A DNA stretch of 63,347 nt, the filler included, from Octopus bimaculoides (taxonomy: Eukaryota), in the NCBI RefSeq assembly GCF_001194135.2. It is 5 parts of 5 records of this genome, joined end to end, with 100 filler letters (N's around TTAATTAATTAA, not from the genome) between each part and the next. Parts side by side here need not be neighbours in the genome. Positions count along the whole stretch, not along the records: positions 1 to 16,965 come from NC_069007.1; 4 more parts are not named here. The stretch is one strand, 5' to 3'. A program made the position numbers and the translations under genes. Below, one piece after another: positions 1 to 12,395 of the stretch (the first letter of the stretch is position 1; each line of letters opens with the position of its first letter). The notes beneath the pieces were generated by a model that worked only from the letters and a program-made list of their open reading frames with translations, was not told the origin of the DNA and did no database searches.

Positions 1-53
1 TATATATATATATATTCATATATGTGTATATACTTACACACCTAAATGTATAT

Positions 54-103
<50 letters not shown>

Positions 104-405
104 TTGCAAGTCCGTATAAGTCAATCTATACATATTAATGCATTCATATCTATAAATATTCATGTATAACTATGCGCATATATTTCATAATACAAATATA
201 CATATAATCTATATATGTTTGTATGCGTACATGTTTAGATGTTTCATTTCATTAATACACACACACACACACATTCACTCAGTCACACACACGTATGTAT
301 ATCTCATGTTTGTATAGAGGTTCTAATGTAAGCGTGGACGTATATATTTTTTTAATACGTAGGTATGTGCATTAGTGTTTACGTTTGTGTGTAGTGCGTT
401 TAGGC

Positions 406-448
<43 letters not shown>

Positions 449-879
449 TGAGGAAATTAAGAGAATCAAAAGCATATATAAAAATCTCTCACATATTTAT
501 AAGACCTCCATACAATGATTCTATGTGTGCCTATCAGACCCAACAGAGATAAACCGAGTTTATGATCCCTGAAGCGTAGGCTTTCGTTTGATTTCCAAGC
601 AGTAAGCACCTTAGCCATTGGGAAGCAATGATTTGCGACTTCAAAAATGAAAATAATAATAGTAATAATAATAATAATAATAACAATAATAATAATAGTA
701 ATAAAGAAGATAATAATAATAATATTGATAGTAATATTGAATTCACAGAAATCGACATAAACGGAAACGTAGACATATATTTCGTTGCCTCAAACAGATA
801 TATGAAACAATAATACGATGTATATATGTTTGCGTTAGAATACAACTATACATCTGTATACATATATATATACAATTTA

Positions 880-939
880 TATGCATATATATATACACAC
901 ATGTTTATGTACGTTTATATGTATGTATATATGATTGTG

Positions 940-1001
<62 letters not shown>

Positions 1002-1197
1002 TATATATATGTGCACAAATATGTGTATAGATAAGTAAATAGAAATATTTATATAAGCATATACAGCTATAAATGTGCATCCATGTATGTGTATATTTAT
1101 GTATATGTACATGTATACATGTAAATATTTATATGTTTGCGTTAGAATACAACTATACATATGTATGCAAATATATACATATAAAACTTATATATGA

Positions 1198-1230
<33 letters not shown>

Positions 1231-1342
1231 TGTATTGATATGTATACGTACATTCATATGTATGCATGTATGTATACATATATATATATATATATATATC
1301 TTATATATTATATATATGTGTATGTATATATATGTATACATA

Positions 1343-1419
<77 letters not shown>

Positions 1420-1830
1420 GTGCACACGTGTATGTGTGTGCATGCGTTTCTATTAGTATGTAAGTGCGTGCGTAATTGTGTTTGTAGGCATCTAGGTATG
1501 TGTGTCTGATTTCACAATCAGAAACGAAAGCGGAATCAATAGAAGAGTTTGAGATTATATGTCTATTTGAAGCTCGATATTGGTGAGGTACAACTGAAAG
1601 CTTCAGGCTCGGATGCTTTCTCAAGCAGACTAATAATCACACACACACACACACACATATATATACGTATATATAGACGTATATATGCATATATATATAC
1701 ACACATATACGTATATGTATATATACGTATATATATATATATATATATATATATACGTATAAGTATATATACGTATATATATACGTATATGTATATATAC
1801 GTATATATATATATATATATATATATATAT
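880..1830. repeat. (TA)n/(CA)n/(TG)n microsatellite field running into an N gap
   Basis: Direct inspection; the YI/HT/VC-rich ORFs here are translations of dinucleotide repeats. Confidence 0.95.
1522..1582 (+). CDS. candidate internal exon, unidentified protein ([19 protein letters not shown])
   Basis: Acceptor ...tttcacaatcag and donor TG|GTGAGG with one open frame; no phase-compatible neighbour found, no homology recognised. Confidence 0.2.
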
Positions 1831-2205
1831 NNNNNNNNNNNNNNNNNNNNNNNNNNNNNNNNNNNNNNNNNNNNNNNNNNNNNNNNNNNNNNNNNNNNNN
1901 NNNNNNNNNNNNNNNNNNNNNNNNNNNNNNNNNNNNNNNNNNNNNNNNNNNNNNNNNNNNNNNNNNNNNNNNNNNNNNNNNNNNNNNNNNNNNNNNNNNN
2001 NNNNNNNNNNNNNNNNNNNNNNNNNNNNNNNNNNNNNNNNNNNNNNNNNNNNNNNNNNNNNNNNNNNNNNNNNNNNNNNNNNNNNNNNNNNNNNNNNNNN
2101 NNNNNNNNNNNNNNNNNNNNNNNNNNNNNNNNNNNNNNNNNNNNNNNNNNNNNNNNNNNNNNNNNNNNNNNNNNNNNNNNNNNNNNNNNNNNNNNNNNNN
2201 NNNNN

Positions 2206-2289
<84 letters not shown>

Positions 2290-2377
2290 TTACGTACGTA
2301 TGTCTAAATGTGTCTATGTATGTCTGTATGGTAAAGTACGTTTTACATTGATCGATTACTATGTGAAATTGCAGTTT

Positions 2378-2482
2378 TTAACCGACGTCTGGTCGTCTCC
2401 TCATACAACTCAGACAGAATTCACTGGACGCTTGGTGATTAGATCCGACTGCGACGATGGTTTGACATGGTGTCACGAATGA
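2378..2482 (-). CDS. candidate terminal exon of an unidentified minus-strand gene (SFVTPCQTIVAVGSNHQASSEFCLSCMRRRPDVG*)
   Basis: Acceptor acgcag, phase 0, joined by an 86-nt GT-AG intron (2483-2568) to the upstream exon in frame; ends in TAA. Confidence 0.4.
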   Translation of the reverse strand, partial: SFVTPCQTIVAVGSNHQASSEFCLSCMRRRPDVG

Positions 2483-2568
2483 CTGCGTTTCAAAGATGAC
2501 TTTCTCGATGGCAGCAGTGTAGAGGAACATGTTGGGATATATATGTGTATACTGGTTTATATGCATAC

Positions 2569-2680
2569 GCGCAGTTCCTGGACCACATTGTCTGTAGGAT
2601 GAACGGCAGAAAGGAAGAACGTCAAGTAGTATCTCTCATAGATAAATTCATTCTCATATTCAAATACACAATAGTCGTAG
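2569..2680 (-). CDS. candidate exon (SYDYCVFEYENEFIYERYYLTFFLSAVHPTDNVVQELR)
   Basis: Acceptor tgccag, donor CGC|GTATGC; phase 2 start matches the phase 2 end of the 3918-4077 exon; open frame with non-repetitive composition. Confidence 0.5.
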
Positions 2681-2870
2681 CTGGCAATTACTAAACCGTG
2701 GATAGATCGATGGAGTGATAAAAGCGGAATTTAGAGAGAGTGGAAGGTTGGCGTAAATTGAAAATACAGAAGCCAGTACCCACCTATGTGTCGTAGATTT
2801 GGGCCTGAAAAATGAACAGTGTAGGCAAGAGGAATTAGGGGGAATAAATGAAAGGGGAAGGGAAAAGTTC

Positions 2871-2914
<44 letters not shown>

Positions 2915-3114
2915 CATACATACATATGTACATTGNNNNNNNNNNNNNNNNNNNNNNNNNNNNNNNNNNNNNNNNNNNNNNNNNNNNNNNNNNNNNNNNN
3001 NNNNNNNNNNNNNNNNNNNNNNNNNNNNNNNNNNNNNNNNNNNNNNNNNNNNNNNNNNNNNNNNNNNNNNNNNNNNNNNNNNNNNNNNNNNNNNAAAGGG
3101 GAAGGGAAAAGTTC

Positions 3115-3158
<44 letters not shown>

Positions 3159-3917
3159 CATACATACATATGTACATTGGTTGATAGTAAGGAAGGAAGA
3201 AATATCGGAGTAAAGAAAAAAGAAAGAAAGAAAGAAAGGAAAAGAATGAAAGACAGGAAGAATTAAACTAAGACAGAGGAAACATGGTGAAGGAGATTGG
3301 AAAGGAAGTAGAAACGAGAGTTTTAGCGTGAATCATTGCACTCACACAACGATACAAACACCCACACATACACACACACATATATATATGCATACACACA
3401 TACACGCAAATATATATATATATATTTATATAAACTTATACATACATACACATACACATATATACGTGTGTGTATGAGCGTGTACCTCTGTGTGTGCCTC
3501 TGTGTGTTTGTTTCTATCTGCACGTGTGTGTGTGTCTGTATAGTATCGGATCTAAACATCGCGTTACCCTAGCAACTGTATATTTCGCATTCGTTCAAAC
3601 GATTCTCTCTTTCGAAACCCAACTTTAAACTAAAATGATTTAATCAAAGAGGTTATTGAACCACTTCTCTCTGCAACAAGCATAACACTCGATGTTGCAA
3701 TCACGTCATTGAATAGTAACAAGAAATAGAATCGCCTTCCTTCCTCTACCCCCACCTCTTTCTTTCTCTACCTCTCTCTCTCTCTCTCTTTCTCCATAGA
3801 AGACGTCGTACGAACTGTTCGGTACTATAACTAAAGTTACTCTCTCTTGTCCTTTTACGATTCTTTGAATTCAGTTATCACTTTACCGGATTCTTATTTT
3901 TCCCTTATCTCTTTTAC

Positions 3918-4077
3918 CTTTTGCTTATTTCAGTCAGTAAACTACGATCATGCTGGAGCACCTTCTTGAAGAGTTTCGTCGAATAACTCGCCTCCACCAC
4001 TTCCTTAAAGTCTGGTACGTATTCATTCATAATCTTTTCCTTAACCGCTAATTTTCGAAGACGTACACAAACCAACA
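3918..4077 (-). CDS. candidate exon (LVCVRLRKLAVKEKIMNEYVPDFKEVVEASYSTKLFKKVLQHDRSLLTEISK)
   Basis: Pyrimidine-rich acceptor tttgttttccaaccag, donor AAAG|GTAAAA, 52 open codons, in-frame junction to the next exon. Confidence 0.5.
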
Positions 4078-4120
4078 CTGGTTGGAAAACAAAGACAAAC
4101 ACACACACATTCGTATATGT

Positions 4121-4285
4121 ATACAGGCAACGGGATTCCACACAATTTCCGTCTACCGGATTCACTCACAAGATATTAGTCCTCTCAGTGTTACAGTTGA
4201 AGTCTCTTGACCAACGTGCCGAGCAGTGCGACTGAACCTGAAATCACATGGTTGCAAAACGACCATTTTAAACCACTGAACCATC
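4121..4285 (-). mobile_element. partial tRNA-derived SINE (same family as 50659-51075), decayed
   Basis: Reverse complement of the family head and the cttgtgagtg(g)attt/ccggtagacggaaa segment seen at 50.8 kb. Confidence 0.6.
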
Positions 4286-4364
4286 TTTCTGAATATTTAA
4301 AGTCCACATCTATGCAATGTAACAAAGAAGAGACTTCCCCATGTTTCACTGTAAATCAAGGAGC

Positions 4365-4640
4365 GTGACTTTGTGGTTAGGGGGACCCGGATCACAAACG
4401 TATTGTCGTGAGTTCTGTTACGGGAAGCGCCTTTTGTCCTTGAACAAGACACTTTATTTCCCGATGCTCCAGTCCACTCAGCTGGAAAAAATGAATTGCA
4501 GGAGCCTCGTCACATTCCGCGTCACGCTGAATCTCCACGAGAACTTCCTTAAGGGAACGCGGGTCTGTGGAGTGCTCAGCCACTTGCACGTTAATTTCAC
4601 GAGCAGGCTGTTCAGTTGATCAGATCAACTGGAACCCGCA
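4365..4640 (+). mobile_element. tRNA-derived SINE with V/Meta-like central domain
   Basis: tRNA-like head (gtggttag...gtgagttc), tgtccttgaacaagacacttt core, ccagtccactcagctgg, 3' gttgatcagatcaactggaaccc; family recognised from memory. Confidence 0.7.
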
Positions 4641-4749
4641 TCCTCAAAGTCGTCGGAATGCCAGTTAAATCAAGGAGAAATGAAGAGTCATCATGATATC
4701 TTTTGGTGCCTTTTGTTAAACTAAGACTGTTAATTCCGTCTTTGGTTAC

Positions 4750-4811
4750 CTTCTCCCTTATTTCATTTGCGATCATTTCATAACATTTACGGTGAACCAT
4801 AATACAACGAC
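4750..4811 (-). CDS. candidate exon (GRCIMVHRKCYEMIANEIREK)
   Basis: Acceptor gatattcag|G, donor AAG|GTAACC; phase 1 start matches the 6005-6095 exon, but the phase 0 end does NOT match the 4077 acceptor. Confidence 0.33.
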
Positions 4812-5933
4812 CTGAATATCAACTCTAATCTGAATCATAATATAATTATCTGTACTATTCACCTGTCGTTTATCCTCCTCAATAGATTTGGCCTTATCTC
4901 AGTTCTTTTTCTTCTATCTCTAATTTTTTGTTGTGCATTCTCGTTTTCCCATTCCTGTTATACGCCATCATAATGCATTATTCCCTCTTAAATGGAATGG
5001 TAATTTAGCAAGATTAATTTGTTCCAATTAGCACTAATCCGCGTACAAGATAAACATCTAATATCAGGAGAACAGACAGAAAAGATGCAACTTCATTCAG
5101 CTGAAAGTGATAATTTCCTAACACCAATTAGAAGTACAAAGCAAAAACGAATATTGTATCTGAAGGTCTATGACAGCAACCTTACACAATTCAGCTTGTG
5201 TCCTACTAGCAATGTTTTAATGAATTATCTTAATTAACTTATACTTCATTAGTTCATTAGTTTTTCTTTTTGTGTGTGTGTGTGTGTTCTGCTGACTTAT
5301 ATTATGTTGCATTCATTGAAATTTCAAATTGTCAACTTAATATGTAAATGTATTACCCTGAGTGGAGTTAATACTTTCCGGGTAAATTTTCTAATTCATG
5401 ATGAATGATACAGATAGTGTTACTTTATTTGATCAATTCTACGTCAGCCCTGATAACGTAAAATTAGGTTTGCGTAAAAGTTTATCCCAAAGACAGAATA
5501 ATTTGGAGGAGATGCATACAATAAAAGCGGTCCTATTAACGAAGGAATGTGGGGAAAATAATTAATATTTCTAACATGTCGTGAAACCACATAGTGACAT
5601 CGGAATTGGTTTGTTAACACTCTCTCGTGCTTTCATGAACTGACTCCAGGATATAAGTAACTAAGAAATAGATAAATTATTCAGGGAAAACATACTATGC
5701 AAGGCAAGGAAAAAATATATTTCATATATGTAATGAACGAAGACTATAATGATCCAAGAATATAATTATTACGTGTTTATACGAATGGTATAAAACGTGT
5801 GAATGAAATTCCCCTTCAATATTGGATCGAGGGTTTCTACCGAACCTGGAGCTTAACTATAGTCTGTCCATAGCACTTACTCAGCATTACCTGACACCTT
5901 TGCGTCTTCTTGACACCAAAACCTCTTATATAC

Positions 5934-5964
<31 letters not shown>

Positions 5965-6004
5965 ACAAATGTATTGGGGGTTACAACGATGATGTCAGGA
6001 ATAC

Positions 6005-6095
6005 CTAAAATGTGACTGCTTCTCTGTCGTTTTGACGAGAAATATATTTCTCTTAGCAGAAATGTTCCTCTTAATTTGATGTCTTCATGGCAGAT
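6005..6095 (-). CDS. candidate exon (ICHEDIKLRGTFLLREIYFSSKRQRSSHIL)
   Basis: Donor TAG|GTATTC, weak AAG acceptor, 30 open codons. Confidence 0.28.
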
Positions 6096-6554
6096 CTTCA
6101 AATGTTAAACAAGAAACCGACCAATGTGGCAGTCGAAACAAATTTATTTCTTTTAGTTTAACAAGGAAACATTAGTCGCCTAGTTTTTACAGGGCGAATC
6201 TGTAACAGAAACATATTCCACATGTCTGAACGAGAGTTGTACAAATCATGGGAAACTGCTTACAATTACAAACTGCGTAGAAACAACAACAATAAGAAAA
6301 TTGTAGCAACCTGTAGCGTACAACTGAAATTGATCAGCGTGTATACATTTTTACAGCAGATAATTTATATTCCATGCGCTGCCATCTTGACTTGTTATCA
6401 AGACAACTGGTGACACTATAACAAACGCCTGCGTTGAATACGTAATTCATTCTTAAAAGTTTACACGACGAAAACAAGCTTCGCCTTCCTCGCATCTTTA
6501 CAATTTCTACATAAATTAATCCTTTCCAATTTTCGAAGAAAGCTAGTAATTTTG

Positions 6555-6730
6555 AGGGATGGGAATAAGTGGATTACAATCAACCCAGCGCTTTAACTAA
6601 AACATATTTTATCAACTTTGAAACGATGAAAGCCAAAGACGTCCTTAGTGTCATTGAAACTCAGAATATAAAAAGCCGGGAGAAATGCTACGAAGCATTT
6701 TTCTCCGATGCGTTAACGATTCTGCCTGGT
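6555..6730 (-). mobile_element. decayed tRNA-derived SINE (family of 58.9-59.3 kb)
   Basis: ttttatcaac...gatgaaagccaaag...aactcagaa...taacgattctgcc motifs. Confidence 0.55.
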
Positions 6731-6899
6731 GAAAAACAAGTAACAATATAGAAGATTTCAATGAACGAGGCAAAAAAGACCATCGCCCCTAGTACCAGAT
6801 TCCTTTCCCATTTATTTCTATCTTCCAATATCAACAACGATGGTCCCAGTATTTGATTAGTGCATATTTGAGCGATAGCGAAAGGCCTGAAAAGCTGAT

Positions 6900-7120
6900 G
6901 GCTCTTAGCCTAGTGGTTAGGAAGCTCCACTCCACTGACGATCGCTATATCGTAGTTTCGATTACTGGACATGGTGTGTTGTGGTACTGAGCGAAAATTT
7001 TCATTTTATTTCATCCCAGTCCACTCAGCTTTATATGACTACCCCTGCGATGGACTGGCGTCTCGATGAGGGGTGATCTTGTGATCCCGGTCACTTCCAC
7101 ACCATGAAAACCAGCTAACC
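6900..7120 (+). mobile_element. tRNA-derived SINE with ccctgcgatggactggc domain
   Basis: A-box-like tagcctagtggtt, B-box-like gtttcgatt, ccagtccactcagct, ccctgcgatggactggcgtc. Confidence 0.55.
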
Positions 7121-7687
7121 CAGTCTAAGTGTTTTAAACCCAAAGTAGCAATGTTCAAAGATTGATTTTGATGATGATGGTAATGACGATGCAAAACCGA
7201 TGTAACGCAAAGTTGATCGAGATAGGATTCGAACTCTCATTACAATAAACGGCCATGACTAGATACGCCAACTTCAACTGCCGATCTCACTAATTTCTCC
7301 TTCGAACGTTCCTTAGAAACGCAACAATCACATAAATAGCACTAACGAAAGAGACAGACAATCAGGGAGAGAGCGAGAGAGGGGGAGAGAACATATAGGT
7401 GGAAAGAAACGTATACATTGATGGGAACCTGTACGCACACACGTCTACGAATCTTTCCTATATTCCACATTGATAATGCGTTTCTGCTTCCACGTATATC
7501 ACAAATGTACAGGTTTTTATGGGAGAGATGTAATAAAATTTCTTTTCTGCATCGAGATCCAGGCAATCGGCAAACCCATCCAGCATTATTTTATTACGTA
7601 TAAGGGGTGTACATATAAGCATACATACATATAAGCATACATACATACAGGCATACGTACGTACGTATATCTGTATATCGATGTGCG

Positions 7688-7815
<128 letters not shown>

Positions 7816-8599
7816 AATATATATATATATATATATACATATATATAAAGAGAGAGGGAGAGACAGAAAGAGATAGATAGAGCCATTGAGAGATAAATGG
7901 ATACTTATGTATGTGTGTGTGTGTGTGTGTGTTTCTTTTATTGAGTATATATTTATTAGCAACCTTTTGAATGCTGGTTCTGTTACAGCTCAGTTTTCAA
8001 CACACGGTTGCTCGCTGACGTTACCTCGTCCATTCAATATTGAGAAAATGGCTGTATTGACGAAGACTGTCTATGGCAATTGAATGTGCTCAAGAAACGT
8101 CTGATATTCCCATTTGATTCCACAAGCATCAAATTCGGAAAAGGAACAGATTATTCTTAGCATATCTAATGCATGTATACGCACCAATCTACAGACGCAC
8201 ACACAACGCCATGCAAGAACACACACAAGTGCGCCCACCCACACAGATGCACACGTGTAAGCATATACGTTCTTTTTCTACCGTCATTTGTTTTCCTCAT
8301 TGGACTGTGGCTACGCTTGAGCAGTGACTTGACGGGCTTGGTCGAACAAATCGTCTCCAATATATAATTTCCTTTTGCATTTGGGACTTATTTTATCGAT
8401 TTCACTTGACGCACCACTAGTTATAAGAGACAAATAAACATACCGACAACGACCGTGATATGGTGCGTGTGGAGGAACACAGATTCAAAGATACACACAC
8501 ACATATAGATGACGAGCTTCAACACAGTTTCCCTCTTACGAATTCACTTACAATAGTGACGAGGGGAGGGAAAGTTATTTATTATAATTCAAAGTTGAT

Positions 8600-8795
8600 A
8601 TATCGGTTTCAAGGTTTGACACAAGGTCAGTATTTCGGGGTTAAGGAGCTAGTTAATTACGCGGGCGCCAATGCTTAGCAACCCTGAAACAATGAAAGGC
8701 AAAATCGACCTAGTCAGAATTTCAACTCAGAGCGTAAGGACGTACGAAATTCTGATAAGCACTTCACGCAGCATTCTAGCGATTCTGCCACATCG
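8600..8795 (-). mobile_element. decayed tRNA-derived SINE
   Basis: gaaaggcaaaatcgacc...gaatttcaactcagagcgtaagg...ctagcgattctgcca matches copies at 9.1, 19.3 and 58.9 kb. Confidence 0.6.
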
Positions 8796-9078
8796 GAGCC
8801 TAATCCGGATTAGACACATTGATAATGATATGCAAACATGCGGCTACCTAAAAAGTTGACGCCTAGATTCTGTTGGAAATAGAAAATGATGCTTTCTATG
8901 TATTGTACCATTTGTGAAATGATGAAATACATAGAATACGTATCGGCCGAAGATAAGGTAGAATTACTTACGCGGGGTAAAGAGCATGGGTCTAAAATCA
9001 AGGGGTTGCAAACTTAAGTTCTAAATCCTACAATCATGGCAGTCACCTGTGTATATATGCATAGACAAGAATAAAAAT

Positions 9079-9300
9079 GGTATCGGTTTCAAATTTTGGC
9101 ACAAGGCCAGCAATTTGCAGGGAGCGTGTAAATCGATTATACTAACTCGTGTGCTCAATTCGTACTGCTGTCGTCGACCGTGAAAGAAGGAAAAACAAAG
9201 TCGACCGCGACGGAATTTGAGCTCAGAACGTAAGGACAGATGAAATGCCGCTAAGTATTTTACCTGCCGCGCTAATCATTTAACCAGCTCGCCGCCTTAC
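9079..9300 (-). mobile_element. tRNA-derived SINE
   Basis: ggtttcaaattttggcacaaggccagc ... aaagtcgacc...ggaatttgagctcagaacgt...ccagctcgccgcctt. Confidence 0.7.
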
Positions 9301-9309
9301 AAGGGAAAA

Positions 9310-9506
9310 TTAACATTGGACAAACAAAATGTGTGTCGCTGATTGTTTTTGCATGAAAACTGTTGATTCGAAAACGCCGTAGTCGGTCTGGATTTGAAAA
9401 TGTGTCTCCCTGAGCACATAGAACGGGCATTTAGCATTCTCTGTGTATCGTTTAGCAGACTTCATCCACAAAATCTTAATATTAACGTCAAGATGAAATA
9501 ATGGTT
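9310..9506 (-). CDS. possible exon (EPLFHLDVNIKILWMKSAKRYTENAKCPFYVLRETHFQIQTDYGVFESTV...)
   Basis: Acceptor gtcgtcttag followed by a long open non-repetitive frame; no convincing donor. Confidence 0.2.
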
Positions 9507-9885
9507 CTAAGACGACTAACAATAACGATACCAAAACAATCACAAGAAGAACAGCAACAGTTATAACAACAATGACAACAACAATGACAACAGTAACAAT
9601 AACAGAAAAAAGAAGAAAGAAATAGCAATCGTTGTAATATAAAAAAAATAACAGTGGTCATAATATCAAAACAAGGCCAAAAAAAAATACCTAGAACTTA
9701 CATCAACGCAAAGCAATATTATAACATTTGCAATAAAACCAGAAACATTAATTATATAAAGAAAAAAATAAAATAAAAGCACAGAAAAATGTAAAATAAA
9801 ATAAAATACTAGCAAGAAACCAATCTGCATCTAATTGTATCTATCTGTACATTCATTTTTATTTGTATTGAGCACGTCTCGGCTC

Positions 9886-10167
9886 TCACAAAACACTATC
9901 TTTCTCAAACATGTTACTTCCTTCTGCTGTGGAATCAGATAAAAATCGAATGTTTTTGTTATTGTTATTGATACCGTTATAGCTGCTGGTGCTGTTGTTG
10001 TTGTTGTTGTTGTTGCTATTGGTATTGTTGGTGTAGGTGTTGTTAGTGCTTGTGTTGTTGCTAGACTTGTTGCTGTTGTTGTTGTTGTTGCATTTTACTT
10101 CACTATTTGCCAGACTAAAGAATTTCTGCATCTTATAATCTATTTTCGTTGTTGGAAACGTGATCAT
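9886..10167 (-). CDS. candidate (terminal?) exon with Asn-rich AAC microsatellite
   Basis: Acceptor aaaccttttcag|ATG, open 93 codons through (AAC)n to TGA, AATAAA about 25 nt downstream. Confidence 0.3.
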   Translation of the reverse strand: MITFPTTKIDYKMQKFFSLANSEVKCNNNNNSNKSSNNTSTNNTYTNNTNSNNNNNNNSTSSYNGINNNNKNIRFLSDSTAEGSNMFEKDSVL

Positions 10168-10206
10168 CTGAAAAGGTTTACACAACCTCGTTTGTCTGCG
10201 AGAATA

Positions 10207-10360
10207 AAGATAATAATAATAATAACGGTGAGGATAATAATAATGATAATAATAATAATAACAATAATACTGAAGATAACATCAGCATTAATAATGGTAA
10301 TAATATTAATAATAGCAACAGCAAAAATACTACTACTACTAATAATAATAATAATAACAA

Positions 10361-10391
<31 letters not shown>

Positions 10392-10435
10392 AAGAAGAAG
10401 AAGAAGAAGAATACCAACAACAACAATAATAATAA
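10207..10435. repeat. compound (AAT)n/(ACT)n/(AAG)n/(AAC)n trinucleotide microsatellite
   Basis: Direct inspection. Confidence 0.95.
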
Positions 10436-11054
10436 ATATACCAGGAATATTTTTTAAATATCCAGGAACAACAACAGCAAACAAACATGAATCTACAGAT
10501 TCTATTCATCATTATGAAACATGCATATACATATATATATATATANNNNNNNNNNNNNNNNNNNNNNNNNNNNNNNNNNNNNNNNNNNNNNNNNNNNNNN
10601 NNNNNNNNNNNNNNNNNNNNNNNNNNNNNNNNNNNNNNNNNNNNNNNNNNNNNNNNNNNNNNNNNNNNNNNNNNNNNNNNNNNNNNNNNNNNNNNNNNNN
10701 NNNNNNNNNNNNNNNNNNNNNNNNNNNNNNNNNNNNNNNNNNNNNNNNNNNNNNNNNNNNNNNNNNNNNNNNNNNNNNNNNNNNNNNNNNNNNNNNNNNN
10801 NNNNNNNNNNNNNNNNNNNNNNNNNNNNNNNNNNNNNNNNNNNNNNNNNNNNNNNNNNNNNNNNNNNNNNNNNNNNNNNNNNNNNNNNNNNNNNNNNNNN
10901 NNNNNNNNNNNNNNNNNNNNNNNNNNNNNNNNNNNNNNNNNNNNNNNNNNNNNNNNNNNNNNNNNNNNNNNNNNNNNNNNNNNNNNNNNNNNNNNNNNNN
11001 NNNNNNNNNNNNNNNNNNNNNNNNNNNNNNNNNNNNNNNNNNNNNNNNNNNNNN

Positions 11055-11109
<55 letters not shown>

Positions 11110-11493
11110 ATGTATGTATATATGCATGCATGTATGTATGTATAAACATATATGTATATGTGTATGTATACATGAAGAAGAGAACTTTGAAATGTTAACA
11201 AGTAACAGGCAAAAGATTCAAAGAGAGACACAATATGTATATGAATGTCCTTTAATAATACTTCCTTATTTTTTTTTTTTACGTTATTCTGCTTTGTTTT
11301 CCATCTCACCAGTTTGTTTTTGTTGTTGTTGTTGTGTTTTTTTTGTTTTCTTTGTTTTTTTCCTCTCCTTGCTGTGGCCCCACCTCCAATTTTTTTCCCC
11401 CTGCTGTCATTATCGTTAAAAGTGCCAGAGGATGTTCGAACGGGTAAAAATATATTATAATGATATGTAATATAAACATACACACATACACAA

Positions 11494-11535
<42 letters not shown>

Positions 11536-11697
11536 TACATTGCTGTTTACCTTATTGTTTGAGCACGTATATCGACGGTACAATTAGCAAAGCGGGACAT
11601 GAGTTTTTAGGGGCAAAAGTACACAGTGATTTTTATTATTTCTGTATTCTCTAATTCTTTAGCAAATTTTGTTATTTATATAGTTAGTTCGTCAGTC

Positions 11698-11738
<41 letters not shown>

Positions 11739-11776
11739 TTTAGATAGATACGCATATGTTTTCACACATTCATATG

Positions 11777-11836
<60 letters not shown>

Positions 11837-12175
11837 AAAATAAGAGAAGGTAGAAAATGCTGAAATAATTTTCTCGTAAAGTACATTATAATACCGGTTT
11901 CCGTCTTTTAGACTGTTTCAACTAAGAGTGAAATAAAACAAACAATTAAGTTGGACAAAACAAATTAAGTGAAATGTTTTGTAAATGTTTCCATAGTTTT
12001 AAATAGGGAAACATTTCCACAACTGTCTTCAAATAGCATTTCTCTCTTTCTCTTTCTTTTTTTCTCTCTTTCTCTCTCTCTCTTCCTTTGTGAATGGTTG
12101 GCTGTTAAGTAGTAGCAAATCTGAAGAAATAGTTTTATCAGTATAGAAAACTGATGGTTTAAGCTGGAGCAGCCG

Positions 12176-12395
12176 AGGGAGGAGGAGAAGAAGAAGAAGA
12201 AGAAGAAGAAGAAGAAGAAGAAGAAGAAGAAGAAGAAGAAGAAGAAGAAGAAGAAGAAGAAGAAGAAGAAGAAGAAGAAGAAGAAGAAGAAGAAGAAGAA
12301 GAAGAAGAAGAAGAAGAAGAAGAAGAAGAAGAAGGAGGAGGAGATGAAGAAGGAAGAGGGGTAGGGAAAGAAGGGGAAGAGATAGAAAGAAAAAG
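12176..12395 (+). repeat. long pure (GAA)n tract within an approx. 220-nt polypurine run
   Basis: Direct inspection; roughly 48 uninterrupted GAA units. Confidence 0.97.

Noticed and set aside
2851-3179. 85-bp exact direct repeat either side of a gap
   Set aside because: Identical contig-end overlap across an N gap; assembly artefact.
5397-5455. ATGATGA...CTGA as a C/D-box snoRNA
   Set aside because: Short, no terminal stem, and no recognisable guide; such motifs are frequent by chance in AT-rich DNA.
6060-6095. ICHEDIK resembling a kinase HRDxK catalytic loop
   Set aside because: No other kinase motifs (DFG, APE, glycine loop) in adjacent candidate exons.
8605-8680. LTQGQYFGVKEL resembling a cyclic-nucleotide-binding motif
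   Set aside because: Lies inside a SINE read in antisense; coincidental.
10192-11501. Long ORFs of 200-425 aa in the ORF track (also at 14.7, 22, 46.5 and 54 kb)
   Set aside because: They run through N gaps and dinucleotide repeats; not coding evidence.
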